NCBI RefSeq assembly: GCF_963921235.1
Contig: NC_086108.1
Span: 94,180,001-94,244,000, forward strand
Direction: 5' to 3'
Source: Mobula hypostoma
Taxonomy: Eukaryota
DNA: 64,000 bases
This document shows positions 24,570 to 37,394 of this stretch, in pieces (positions within the stretch are counted from its first letter, which is position 1; every line of letters starts with the position of its first letter). The translations under genes were made by a program, and so were the position numbers. The notes under the pieces are model-generated. The model was not told the DNA's origin and ran no database searches. It was given only the letters and a program-made list of their open reading frames with translations.

Positions 24570-26400
24570 GAAATTCATCGCAATGGTATTCCAGGTAAGG
24601 CCGCGCTAACAGGCAGCGGTGAGTGAGTGAGGGCTGAGGATGCCGAGTATCCGTCATTAACAGTCTCTCTGCTGAAGTCTGCGCCCAGACGGAGGGGAGT
24701 ATTTAGTACCGGAATCACATGAGAAGCCCTGCTGTCCATACATGGGCTGCCGAGGGGAGCTGTCAGAAGGAGCCTCACAGTCTTATTCGTCAGAAAGCAC
24801 TCCAAGCTGACGAGCGGATAAGAAAGACTCCCAGACACATCGAGCTGGGGGTCTTGGTAATGGGCTTTTCGCTAGCTGTCAGAAACTCTGTAGTGTTTTA
24901 GTCCCTCAGTCTCCTCTGCTGCTTAAAAAAGTTAACGGATTGTCAACATCTTCAAACATGACTGAAAGATGCAGCATTTTAAGAACACTTTCGGCAGCCC
25001 TGTGTTGTTTCTACCGGAGCTCCTACATTGGATTCAAGGTACGGACTTGGAATTTCTTAACAGAGAGCGGGATAAGGGAAATTAACGTGGTTTTATTAGT
25101 TCTGAGATAGTTGGGTCCCAGACATCAACGGCTGTGAATCTGGAAGAGCGGCGTCTAGTGAATAGGGGCGGTTTATATCAGGCCGTGTTTTAATGAGGTT
25201 TTGACTTCCAGTCAACCTCTGTGTCACCTGTAGCTGGGAAGACCGCATCTCTATTTCTAGCGGCCGCGTGTGATTCTTTGGTCGTTCAGCCTGAGCCATT
25301 AACTTCTTGTTTCTGCACGCCTGGAGTTTCCTTTATCCGCGCGACATCGGGCAACATGCGCTGCTTAGTTTGGCATGCAGTGTTAATACTTAAAATAACT
25401 CGGGGAGGTTGTCATGGGAACTTTCCACTTAGTTTGGAGCCAACTCCTCTCTCGAGTGAGCGTTGCGGTATTCTTAGCGTTGGACGGGGTGCGGGTCCAA
25501 CAAGCACTAGCTGAGGGAATGGTCCAAAATAACCCATCGCACCACAAGTGAACTGTGCGCTTTAAAAAAAAATTCTCGATTTGTTTAAAAATAAAGATTG
25601 GACCATTTTAGTCACAAGCTGAAAGGCGTGGGCGTCGGAATCCTGCGGGAAACAGTGATTTACGGGGAGTGAGATGGGAACGGGACTGGAGTCCGAGGTC
25701 AGCTTTTTTGAGGGAACAATCAAAAGTTGTTGAGGAGGCCCAACGGCTGTGGGATGCGGTTTTACCCATCACATCGACACAAGCTGCTGGGCTACTCATT
25801 TGGGCTACTTGTCTGTACTAAACGTTATAAAAAGAAAAAATGACGTTATGAAGTGAGTAACTAATCTCCCCTTGCCTGAGGTAATTACCAACACTTCCAA
25901 AGTGCTTTTAGGAATCTGAATACGAATAAATCCACAACAAAACGGAAAATATGACCTCCCCCCCAAAAAAAACTTCCGGACGGTCCAGAATTTGGCAATG
26001 GCGGAACTGGGAGCCCAGCTGGTAGTTCTGTGCAGGATTGCCAGCGGGAGATGGGAAACCACTGTCCGCCGCGCCAAACGAGGGGTCAGCACGCCTTGGT
26101 GATAACGAGATCGCAGAAGTGACCGGCAGGAGGGAAGAGAGCCGGAGGGGACTGTGTGTGAATTCAGTGGAGCTCCTGGTCTGTGGGGTGTCCCGAGCCG
26201 GAGAAGCAGAGGCCAGCCTCGGAACAAAGGCATTTCGAGCCCAGGGTGGGCGGTGGCTGCAGAGAGAGAGAGGGGGCGAAGTCCCAGTGTGAAATGATGT
26301 GGCCAGTGGTTTCGGGTTACGCAGCGGGAGCCTGAGAACGGAAGCCGGATCCTTTTATCGACTCCGCCATCGCTGGGAAGGGAGACAGGGCAGTGCGCCT
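24570..26400. promoter_or_regulatory. CpG-rich, repeat-free region; probable alternative promoter of the short BCAR3-like isoform
   Basis: Visibly higher CpG density than the flanks, no recognisable TEs, surrounds the 24958 first exon; GC-box-like GGGGCGG (~25165), ETS-like ACTTCCGG (~25972). Confidence 0.65.
24958..25038 (+). CDS. bcar3: BCAR3-like gene, alternative first coding exon (MTERCSILRTLSAALCCFYRSSYIGFK)
   Basis: ATG in aacATGa context, 27 codons, ends AAG|gtacgg (phase 0), matching the phase-0 acceptor of the FSKER exon. The peptide resembles the short-isoform N-termini I recall for human BCAR3 (..LSAALCCFY..) and SH2D3C (MTERCS..CCFYR..). Confidence 0.85.
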
Positions 26401-26898
26401 TTGTCACTGTTTCCCTGAAGAATTCCCCCACAGTACAAAAGTCACAGTGAAGGTGTCACAAAAAAATGGTGTGTGCTCTACACTGAAGTTGTACATCTTC
26501 CTTGTTTCCCAGCCAACCTCTGCACACTGAGCATCACACGCAAAATGCCGGGGGCAGTGAGGCAATATCTACAGGGAGGAACAAACAGTCGACGTTTCCG
26601 ACAGGAAACCCTTCATCAGGACTGGAATCAAGTGGGCAGAAGTCAGAAACCTCTTCTCACCTCTTGTGTCATCATCCACCTTTCCCTCCCGTTCCTATCA
26701 ACAATTTTATGTGCCAATAAGATCCACATTCTCGCCTTGTTCTAAATCTATAAGCCCTCCTCCATACACTTACCTTCTGAAAAGACGATCTCTCTACTCC
26801 ACCTCATCAAACCTACTCATAATCTTAAAAACCTTCCTCCCTAGAATATTATTTATTTATTTAGAGATAAACGTGGAACAGGCACCCAGCCTACCGAG

Positions 26899-27387
26899 CT
26901 CCTCCCCCTCCCCCTCCCCCTCCCCTTCCCTCCTCCCCTTCCCTCCTCCCCCTCCCCCTCCCCTTCCCTCCTCCCTCCCCCTCCCCTTCCCTCCTCCCTC
27001 CCCCTCCCTCCTCCCTCCCCCTCCCTCCTCCCCCCCCCTCCCTCCCCCCTCCCCCTCCCCCTCCCTCCCCCTCCCCCTCCCTCCTCCCTCCCCCTCCCTC
27101 CCCCTCCCCTTCCCTCTCCCTCCCCCTCCCCTTCCCTCTCCCTCCCCCTCCCCTTCCCTCTCCCTCCCCCTCCCCCCTCCCCCTCCCCCTCCTCCTCCCC
27201 CCTCCTCCTCCCCCCTCCTCCTCCCCCCTCCTCCTCCCTCCCCCTCCTCCCTCCCCCTCCTCCCCCCCTCCTCCCCCCTCCTCCCCCCTCCTCCCCCTCC
27301 CCCCTCCTCCCTCCCCCCTCCTCCCTCCCCCCTCCTCCCTCCCCCCTCCTCCCTCCCCCCTCCTCCCTCCCCCTCCCCCTCCCCTCC
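26899..27387. repeat. 489-nt pure C/T low-complexity tract inside a SINE
   Basis: Only C and T on the + strand; source of the spurious poly-Pro and poly-Gly/Glu/Arg ORFs. Confidence 0.95.
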
Positions 27388-27869
27388 AACACCACCAATT
27401 TAACCCCTAGCTTAATCACAGGACAATTTGCAATGACCAAATAGCCTACTAATCAATACATGTTTGGACTGCACGAGGAAATCCACGTGGCACAGGGGGA
27501 AGAACGTTTAAACTTCCTTTCAGAAGGCACCAGAATTAAACTCCAAACCCGGCCACCTCGAGCAACAGTAGCGATTTAAACCGTGATAAGATGTAGCACA
27601 CTCATGTTTCTGGAGCAGAGGGTGGCGGTAATGCACCATTAAGCTGGATGCCAACCGCCGTAAAACAAGATACAGACAGACAGCACACTCATGTTTGCTG
27701 ATTGAGTACATAAGGCATCAACATACGGCAGTTTGGGTGTTTTGAGCAGCGGCCAGTTGTAGATCCGAAGCTCGAGAAGACATAGCTCACTCAGATTCAC
27801 CAAATGAGTACGTAAGGCATTGATTCACGGCAGTTTGGTGTTTTGAGCAGTGGCCAATCAGCGATCTTT

Positions 27870-30068
27870 CATATTTGAGAAGGAGAAACTAAATTCCAAT
27901 GTGTTGGTATTTCAGTGGAATAAAGGAAATTACAATAGCCTGAGAGGGGAACTGGCCAAAGTTGACTGGAAAGGGACAACAGCAGGAAGGACAGCACAGC
28001 AGCAATGACTGGAGTTTCTGTGAAAAATGAGGGAAGTGCAAGACAAATATATTCCAAATAAGAAGAAATTTTCAAATGGAAGAAGGACATTACTGTGGCT
28101 GACAAGTGAAGTCAAAGCCAAAGTAAAAGCAAAAGAGAGGGCATACAAGGAAGCCAAGTCGTGAGAAGATAGAGGATTGGGGAGCTTTTAAAAACTTGCA
28201 GAAGCAAACTAAGAAGGTCATTAGAAAGGAAAATGTGAATTACAAAAGGAAGCTGGCGACTAATATCAAAGAAGATACTAAAAGCTTTTTTAAGTATATA
28301 AAGGGTAAAAGAGAGTTGAGGGTAGATGTAGCACCAATAGAAAATGATGCTGGAGATATTGTAATTTGAGATGCAGAGATGGCAGAAGAACTGAATGTGT
28401 ATTTTGCATCAGTCTTCACAGTCACCTGCAGTATAGCGGACATTGAAGAGTGTAAGGGAAGTGAAGTCTGTGCAGTGGAAATTATGATTGAGAAGGTGCT
28501 TAGGAAGCTTAATGGTTTGAGGGTGATAAATCTCCTGGATCTGATGGAATGCACCCTGGGGTTCTGAAGGAAGTAGCTGGAGAGATTGTGGAAGCATTAA
28601 CAATCATCTTTCAAGAATTGATAGATTCTGTACCAAATGACTGGAAAACTGCAAGTATTATTCCGTTATTTAAGAAGGGTGGGAGGCAGCAGAAAGGAAA
28701 CTATAGACCTGTTAACCTGACATCAGTGGTTGGGAAGTTGTTGGAATCTATTGTTAGGGATGAGAATACAGAGTACCTGGAGGCACATGACAAGATAGAC
28801 CAAAGCCAGCATGGTTTCCTGAAAGAAAATCCTGACTAAGCTACTGCAATTTTTGGAGGAAATTACAAGCAGGGTAGACAAAGGAGATGTAGTAGATGTG
28901 GTGTACTTGGATTTTCAGAAGGCCTTTGACAAGGTGCTGCACATGAGGCTGCTTAGCAAGGTAAGAGCCCATGGAATTACAGAGGAGTTGCTAGCATGGG
29001 TGGAGCATTGGCTGATCAGCAGAAAACAGAGAGTGGGAATAAAGGGATCCTATTCTGGCTGGCTGCCAGTTACCACTGGAGTTCCACAGGGGTCCGTGTT
29101 GGGACCACTGCTTTTTACGATGTACGTCAGTGATTTGGACTAGGGTATTAATGGATTTGTGGCTGAATTTGCCAATGATACAAAGATAGGTGGAAGAGCG
29201 GGTAGTGTTGAGGAAACAGAGAGCCTGCAGAGAAACTTAGATAGTTTAGGTGAATAGGCAAAGAAGTGGCAAATGAAATACAATGTTGGAAAGTGTATGG
29301 TCATGCACTTCGGTGGAAGAAATAAATGGGAAGACTATTATTTAGATGGAGAGAGAATTCAAAACGCAGAGATGCAACGGGGCATGGGAGTCCTTGTGTA
29401 GGATTAACCTCCAGGTTGAGTCGGTGGTGAAGAAGGTGAATGCAATGTTGGCATTCATTTCTAGAGGTATAGAATATAAGTGCAGGGATGTGATGTTGAG
29501 GCTCTATAAAGCACTCGTTAGACCACACTTGGAGTATTGTGTGCAGTTTTAGGCCACTTATTTTAGAAAGGATATACTGACATTGGAGAGGGTTCAGAGA
29601 AGGTTCACGAGAATGATTCCAGGAATGAAAGGGTTACTGTATGAGGAATGTCTGGCAGCTGTATTCCCTGGAGTTCAGGAGAATGAGGGGGCCATCTCAT
29701 AGAAACATTCCGAATGTTAAAATGCCTGAACAGATTAGATATGGCAAAGATATTTCCCATGGTAGGGGAGTCTAGGACAAGAGGGCACAATTTCAGGATT
29801 GAAGGGTGTCCATATAGAACGGAGATGTGGAGAAATTACTGTAGTCAGAGGCTGGTAAATCTGTGGAATTTGTTGCCATGAGCGGCTGTGGAGACCAAGT
29901 CACTGGGTGTATTTAAGGCAGAGATAGATAGGTTCTTGATTAGCCAGGGCATCGGCAGGGGAGTGGGGATGAATGGAAGAATTGGATCAGCCCATGATTG
30001 AATGCCAGAGCAGACTGGATGGGCTGAATGGCCTACTTCTGCTCCTATATCTTATGATCTTGTGGTCT
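27870..30068 (+). mobile_element. 5'-truncated CR1-like LINE (~2.2 kb ORF2/RT pseudogene)
   Basis: NYRPVNLTSVVGK, YLDFQKAFDKV and GVPQGSVLGPLLF motifs with stops/frameshifts; 3' tail at ~30060. Confidence 0.9.
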
Positions 30069-30169
30069 GAAGCATGAGAAGACGTAGCTCACTCAACTTT
30101 GCCAATTGAGTACATAAGACATCAACACATGGCAGATTGGTGTTTTGAGCAGCAGCCAACCAGTGATCA

Positions 30170-32695
30170 TGATTGATTGGCAAAAAAGTTTAAAATAAGG
30201 AAGAGCCAAGTGGAGCAGCCATCGCTAGGGTGGACAGTCTTAGAGTGGTGATTCTGAGGCTTCATTTAGAGAGAGTGGAAACTGTACGTAGATTTTTTTT
30301 TCTCCTAGTTTATATATTGTTTTGCTTCTTTATATGTGCACAGCTGGAACAACAGGGATGCCAGCCAGGATAGTTGAATGCTCCTCTTGCAGGGTACGGG
30401 AAGGCAGAGAGACCTTCTGTATCTCCAAAGACTACACCTGTAAGCAATGCATCCAGCTGCAGCTTCTAACACTCTGCATTAAGGAGTTGGAGCTGGAACT
30501 GGATGAACTCTGGATTATTCAGGAGGATGAAGGGGTGACAGATAGGACATATAGAAAGGTAGTTACACCCAAGGTGCAGGACACAGGAAACTGGGTGACA
30601 GGAAGGGGAAAGGGGTTAATGAGCCAGTGCAGAGTACCCCTGCGGCCATCCCCCTCAACAACAGATTACTTTGGATATTGTTGGGGGAGTGACCTAGCAA
30701 AGGAAAGTCTCAGCCATTGGATCTCTGGCACTGAGTCTGGCTCTGTGACTAAGGGGCAGTGGGGAGAAGGGTTGAGCTGTGGTGATGGGGGATTCGTTAA
30801 TTAGGGGAATGGACTGGAGGTTCTGTGGGTGAGAACGAGATTCCCGGATGGTATGTTGCCTCCCGGTTGCCAAGGTCTGGGATATCTCAGATTCAAGTCC
30901 TCAGCATTCTTAAGTGGGAGGGTGAGCAGCCAGAGGTTGTGATCCATGTAGGTACCAATGACATGGGTAGGGAGAGTGACGAGGTTCTGCAAAATGAGTT
31001 CAGAGAGTTAGATGCTAAATTAAAGGGCAGGATCTCCAGGGTTGTGATCCCAGGATTGCTACCTATGCCGTGTGCTGGAAAGGCCAGGAAAAAGAAGGAA
31101 GGCATCAGATGTTTGGATCATTGAGCTGCCTTCCAGGGAAAATGTGATCTGTATAGAAGAAACAGTTAGCACCTAAACTGGAGAAGGACAGATATCCTGG
31201 TGAGAAGGTTTGCTAATGCTGCACAGTGGGGTTTAAATGAGGGTTGCAGGGGGGTGGGAACCAGAATGCCAGAATAGTTAGCGGAGAGGTTGTGGAGGCA
31301 GATGTGGTTATGGCCTCAGCCAAAGTCAGGAATCAAAAGGTTGAGCACGGTGCAACTAATGTCCTGAGCTGCTTCTGTTTCAATGCAAGAAGTATCATAG
31401 GAAAGGCAGGTGAGCTCAGGGCATGGATCAACACATGGAATTATGATATTGTAGCCATTAGTGACTAATGTTTGCAGGAGGGGCAGGACTAGCAGCTCAG
31501 TATTCCGGGGTTTTGCTGTTGTAGGCACAGCAGAGCTGGAGGAATTAAAGGGAGAGGGGTGGCTTAACTAGTCAAGGAAAATGTCATGACAGTGCTCAGT
31601 CAGGACAGACTGGAGAACTCATCTAGTTTATGGATGGAACTGAGAAATAAGAAAGGTATGACCACATTAATGGAGCTATATTATAGACCACCCAACAGTC
31701 TGCGGGATTTAGGGGAACAAACTTGTAGAGAGATCGCAGACTGTTGCAAGAATCGTAAGGTTGTTATAGTAGGTGATTTTAATTTTCCACATTTTGACTG
31801 GGACTCCCATACAGTAAAAGGGCTGGATGGGATAGAGTTTGTCAAATGTGTTCAGGAAAGTTTCCTTACATTGAACATAGAAATCCCAACAAGAGCATGT
31901 GCTGTACTTGATCTCCTATTGGACAACGAGACAGGGCAGGTGACAGAAGTTTGTGTAAGGGAACACTTGCGTCCACTGATCATAATGCCATTCGTTTCAA
32001 AGTAAGATGGGTCTATTAAGATTCTAATTTGGGGATCAGAAAGGATCTGGCAAGTGTGGATTTAGACAGGCTGTTTTCTGGCAAAGGTGTACTTGGTAAA
32101 TGGGAGGCCTTCAAAAATGAAATTTTGAGAGTACAAAGCTTGTATGTGTCTGTCAGAATAAAAGGTAACGATAACAGATTTAGGGAACTGTGGCTTTAAA
32201 GAGATAGGCGCATAGCAGGTAGAAACAAATGAGGTGCTTGTGGAGTTTAAGAAATGCAAGAGAACACTTAGGAAAGAATAAGGAAGGCTAATAGAAGGCA
32301 TGAGGTTGCTTTGGCAGACAAGTTGAAGGAGAACCCTAAGGGACTCTACAGATATGTTTAGGGCAAAGGATTGCAAAGGACACAATTGGTTCTCTGGAAG
32401 ATCAGAGTGGTAATCCGTGCATGGAGCCAAAAGAGATGTGGGAGATCTTGAATGGATTTTTTTGCATCTGTCGCTACTTGGGAGACAGACACAGAGTCCA
32501 TAGAAGCGAGGCAAAGCAGCAGTGGGTCATGGACCCTATTCAGACTACAGAGGAGGTGTTTGTTGTCTTGAGGTAAATTAGGGTGGATAAATCCCCAGGG
32601 CTTGACAAGGTGTTTCCTCAGATCCCGTGGAAGGCAAGTGCAGAAATTGCAGGGCTAAAGGGCCTGTTTCTGTGCTGTATTTTTCTATGACTCTG
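30170..32695 (+). mobile_element. CR1-like LINE 5' half (ORF1 zinc finger + SGNH esterase, ORF2 APE endonuclease) joined directly to a 3' tail
   Basis: CSSC..CKQC, VIHVGTNDMG, FNARSI..DIVAIS, YYRPPNS and VGDFNFP motifs; the RT is absent, and the sequence jumps at ~32655 to aagggcctgtttctgtgctgta. Confidence 0.85.
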
Positions 32696-35600
32696 ACACA
32701 CGGCTCATAAAACTAAATATTACCTTTCAGTACAATGAAACATGTTTCAAGGTTAAACTCAAGTTGACACTGTGCCACACAGGGAGATGTTCAGGTTAGT
32801 GAGCAGAAATCTAGGCAAAAATTTCAGATTTTAAGGAAAGTCATGAGCGAGGAGATGGGCATGGAGAAGTAGAGAGAGAGAATGACAGAATCCAGGATGG
32901 TTGAAGTCAGCCCACCACTGTGAAGTAATTGACAGCAGTGTGGTGGTATGGGGGCAATACCAGTGAATTAGTAATCCTAAAGATTGGCATAGCAATCTGA
33001 GGGCATAGGTTCAAATCTCACCACAGCAGCTGTGGAACTTAAAGGAGCCACTATGAACGTTAGCCCGACACTATTATAGCTTGGGGTAACGGCATTTGGA
33101 GTTCAATTCCGGGGCCTACTATAAAAATGTTTGTATGATCTTCCCATGAGTGTGTAGATTTCCTTGGGGTGCTCTGGTTTGCTCATTCCAAAAACGTACC
33201 AGTTAGTAGTTAACATTGTAAGTTGCCATGTGATTAGGCTAGGTTAAATATTGGTGGGTTGCTGGGTGGTGCAGCTCGTTGGACTGGAGGGCCTGTTCTG
33301 AGTAAGTACGTTTGATCATGAGATAAACACAAGAGCTTAACGGTTGAAGGAACAGTAGTTCTCTGAGGGTTGATCACTGAAGGAGATTACAAAGATGGGG
33401 AGGAGCAAATACACATGGAGGGATTTGAAAACATGGATAATAATTTTAAGATCAAGCCTATGTAGTTCAGTAAACATAATGCCAGATTAAAGCATTGAGG
33501 CCTAAGAGCAGAAAACAGACTGGTATTCAGCCCCAGCCAAGATCCCCCACCTGAGCCCATTCCATCTACCTGTGTTTAACCCATCTCCATCTTTTCTCAC
33601 TACTACCATCGGGCAGAAGGTGCAAGAGTCTTGGGTCGCACACCATCAGGTTCAGGAATAGCTGTTGCCCCACAGTCATCGGGCTCCTGGACCAGCGTGG
33701 ATGACTTCACTTGCCTCAGCACCAAACTGACTCCTCAGCCCACGGATTCACTTCCGGGGACTCTCTAGCTCATGCTCGAGAATTGTTTGTTTAGCCTTTT
33801 ATTATTTGAACCAGTTGTCCTCTTTTGCACATTGGATATTTGTTGGTCTTTGTTATGTGCGTTTTCATAGAATCTATTTTCCTGTGGGTGCCCGCAGAAA
33901 ACGAATCTCAAGGTTGTATATGGTATACTCACTTTGATAATAAATGTATTTTGAATTTTGATAATATGAAATGCAGTTTATGCTGTAGGCAAAAGGGTTT
34001 TGTTAAGTTCTGAATAATCACCTAATTAATACAGATGACTGGCTTGGATCAGTATAGCTGAGTGCTCTTCCTCACAGTCTGTGTTTCTCTTGAACTCTGT
34101 GGCTTAAACCAAAGTTATAATTCTTAAACCTAGTAAAATATTTTGTTTTGTATTTGATGAAAGCCAGTTACAAAGGTACTCGTGTTAAACTGGTGGAGGT
34201 TTCACCTAGTGTAATGTAGACTCCTTCTGTTAGTTCAAAATTATTAATAGCAGCCATGATAAAAATCTATACAGTAGTTCAAATAAAGCGATTTTAGCAA
34301 AGTGGCACAGGTGGTGTTGATTTTAAGAACAATTTTAATTCCAAATAAGAAAATAATTCAAATTAAGTACAGATGTGGCGTAGAAATTAATTGTAGATAA
34401 ATTGCTCCAGTTAGAATTTTCTCATGAGGTGGCTGACCCCGCTAAATGTAATTTGTGCCAATCCCACTCTCTTGCCAATTATGATAACAAGCGTTATCCT
34501 GGTTTCGTGCTCAAAACCACAAGCATCTACTGGTGGACAGAGTGAGACAAGGAGTCAGTTTGAGTTCAAGCTTAATTGTCATTCAACCATACACGAATAC
34601 CCATGAGTACAGCCAAACGAAACAGAAATACTCCTGGACCAAGGTAGAAAGCACAGTACTAACAGTCACACAAAGCACAGGGCACATATACAGGAAAACG
34701 TACAGTCACATAAAAAAAATATTTAGCCCAAGCCCATGAGTGTCAGGTCCTGTAGATTGGTGGTGCATGGGATGTTGTTGGCAAGAACAGGCCCACAGCA
34801 GTCCGATCATTACACACTACTGCAGCTGCAGATAGGTAGATAGATAGACATACTTTATTGATCCCGAGGGAAATTGGGTTTCATTACAGTTGCACCAACT
34901 AAGAATAGATGAACGTAATGCAGCTTGACTTCCACCGAGCAAGCACTGGCCGGCAGCGCCGAGCCAGCACTGGAGGGCCGGCCCCCAACCCGGCCTAGAC
35001 AACCGCCATACAGATGTAGTAGGCAATCCTGTGTCATGAGGGGCTGCTTTGCACAACAACCTAGGCCATGCAGCTCCCCATCGGATGAACCAGTGACCTG
35101 GACTTGCAGTACTCGACATTACCGATGTCCAACACGGTCTTGTGATGAGAAGAAAAATGTCCAAGACAATCATTTGCACCGTTTGTTGGATCGTGCACCA
35201 TGTCCAACGCCTTCCTGTAGCAGGTGGCAACATGGTACACAGTAAGTCCAGCTCCAAGCTCCACTGCTATCAAGCAACTCACCAGCGGGTTAGAACTGCA
35301 GTACTGATGTTCTTTATATCCAACAGTGCCCATGCCCAGCGATCGTAAAAAAGGATGTGAAGGATGAGCAATTACACCTTTGTTTGGACCCAGAGCAGGC
35401 ACTGTGACCGAGCCCATTGCTATCTTCACCTACCCTGTTCTTGGCCACCAGGAGCAGTGAGACTTTGTTTACCAACAGTCACTCTTTCTTTCTCTCAGAG
35501 TGGCTCTTTGCCCTCCTCAGACTACCTCTTTGCCCAACCGTTTGGTCATTTTACTCTTGGAAAGGAAGCTTGACGGACATCTAACGGATTTTTGAGATTC

Positions 35601-35829
35601 TGAAAGGGTTTGATGGATTAAACGAGAAAATATTTCAACTTTGGTTGGAAGAAAAACAGAATAAGTTATAATGAACAAAAGGAGAACTTAGGTGAAATAA
35701 TAGATCTTGGAACTCTTCTGTTACAGGGCGTAACTAAAGTAGAAAGCACTGATGTATATAGGAGAGGTTAGACAACACACAGGTTATAGATGATTGTTGT
35801 CACGTTAACAAAGTCAAGAGAGAAGTACT

Positions 35830-36038
35830 AGCAACACACATCAAAGTTGCTGGTGAACGCAGCAGGCTAGGCAGCATCTCTAGGAAGAGGTACAGTCGAC
35901 ATTTCGGGCCGCGACCCTTCGTCAGGACTAACTGAAGGAAGAGTGAGTAAGGGATTTGAAAGTTGGAGGAGGAGGGGGAGATCCAAAATGATAGGAGAAG
36001 ACAGGAGGGGGAGGGATGGAGCCAAGAGCTGGACAGGT
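35830..36038 (-). mobile_element. Truncated Penelope-like insertion with hammerhead, 12-bp TSD
   Basis: GAGAGAAGTACT at 35818-35829 and 36039-36050; near-identical to the 14621 terminus. Confidence 0.8.
35894..35929 (-). ncRNA. Minimal type-I hammerhead ribozyme, core intact, stem III ACGU changed to AUGU
   Basis: Reverse complement reads AGTC CTGACGA A GGGT-CGCG-GCCC GAAA TG TC GACT. Confidence 0.7.
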
Positions 36039-37394
36039 GAGAGAAGTACTGGTGGATATGAATCAGTCTCTTTACTTGACAAAATGAGATACAGCAGACA
36101 TCATATTGAGGCCCCTTTCAGAGGGAAAAAGACCTGCTTGACCCAACATTACACAACATTTTGCATGCTAAAGATCAAAGAAAAATTCAGGACAATTCCA
36201 CATTTACAATGCTTCCTTTGAGCTACACAGCACCCTCACACCTCACTCTCCGCAGCCACAGTACAAACACCTAAATAACCAACTTAAATCAGCATTGTCT
36301 GCTCTTCTCATTAACTGTTGTTCACGGTTCTTAGGAACCCGTCGTTCAAAGCTGCATTTTAATGCACAGTTCGTTTTTGAATCTGAAGACCAGTGGCTGA
36401 AGTCATTTGCTATATGTGCTAATAAACAAAAACACTCTAACAAAGCTGTGCCAACATTGTGTATTGTTAATTACTGTATATACATCTAGTGGCCACTTTA
36501 TTAGGTACAGGAGTGAACATGGAGGAAGTGGTTGAGACAGATATGATGGTATCATTTAGGAAGCACTTGGATAGGTGCCTGTAGGGAGGGGACTTAGAGG
36601 GGTATATGCCAAATGCAGGATATTGGGCAGACGCTGTGGTCAGCAAAGACTGTTTGGGCCGAAATAAGCTAGTGACCCAATTAAACAAATCCCTTTCTGC
36701 ATTTCCATCCATTCTCTGCATATTCGTGTACCTATCTAAGAGCCTCTCAAACGATGCTATGACTAACCTTTTGCTGTGCCGCACACACTTGATCCTAGGC
36801 AGCAATATTTTGAGAAGAGCGGAGGCTGTTTACTCTTGAAATATAACTTAATTACATTGGAGAGGGAGGAGAGAATGAGTCAACAGCTGACATCAACATT
36901 CCATTTCTAGTGTCAGTTGCTTAACTGGGAGTTGAGGCGAAGCTATGCCTGTAAATTAGTAAACTACTGTATTTATTACATACTGGTAATGTCTTCATTT
37001 TGATCATAGCTCATAGGAACAGGATGAGGCCATTTATCCCATCAAGTCTGCTCCACCATTCCATCATGGCTGATTTATTATCCCCCCAACCCCATTCTCC
37101 TGCCTTCTCCCTGTAACCTTTGACACCCTTACTGATCAAGAACCTATCAACTTCGCTTTAAATGTACCCAATGACTTGGTCTCCGTAGCCGCCTGTGGAA
37201 ATGAATTTCACAGATTCACCTCCCTCTGGCTGAAGAAATTTCTCCTTATCCCTGTTCCAAATGGACGATCCTTTGTGGCACTCAAAATGGTGGCAGTGTC
37301 CCTTGCACTGGTGCAGGGTGTTTGGGTGAAGGCACTCTCTCAGCTTTTGTGAGGAAATTTCTATAGAGTGTAAGGACATCTTCATTAAAATTAG

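Noticed and set aside
25805..26431. 208-aa minus-strand ORF
   Set aside because: No recognisable motif; long ORFs are expected in GC-rich promoter DNA.
26666..27440. 245-aa proline-rich and 195-aa Gly/Glu/Arg-rich ORFs
   Set aside because: Translation of a stop-free C/T low-complexity tract within a SINE.
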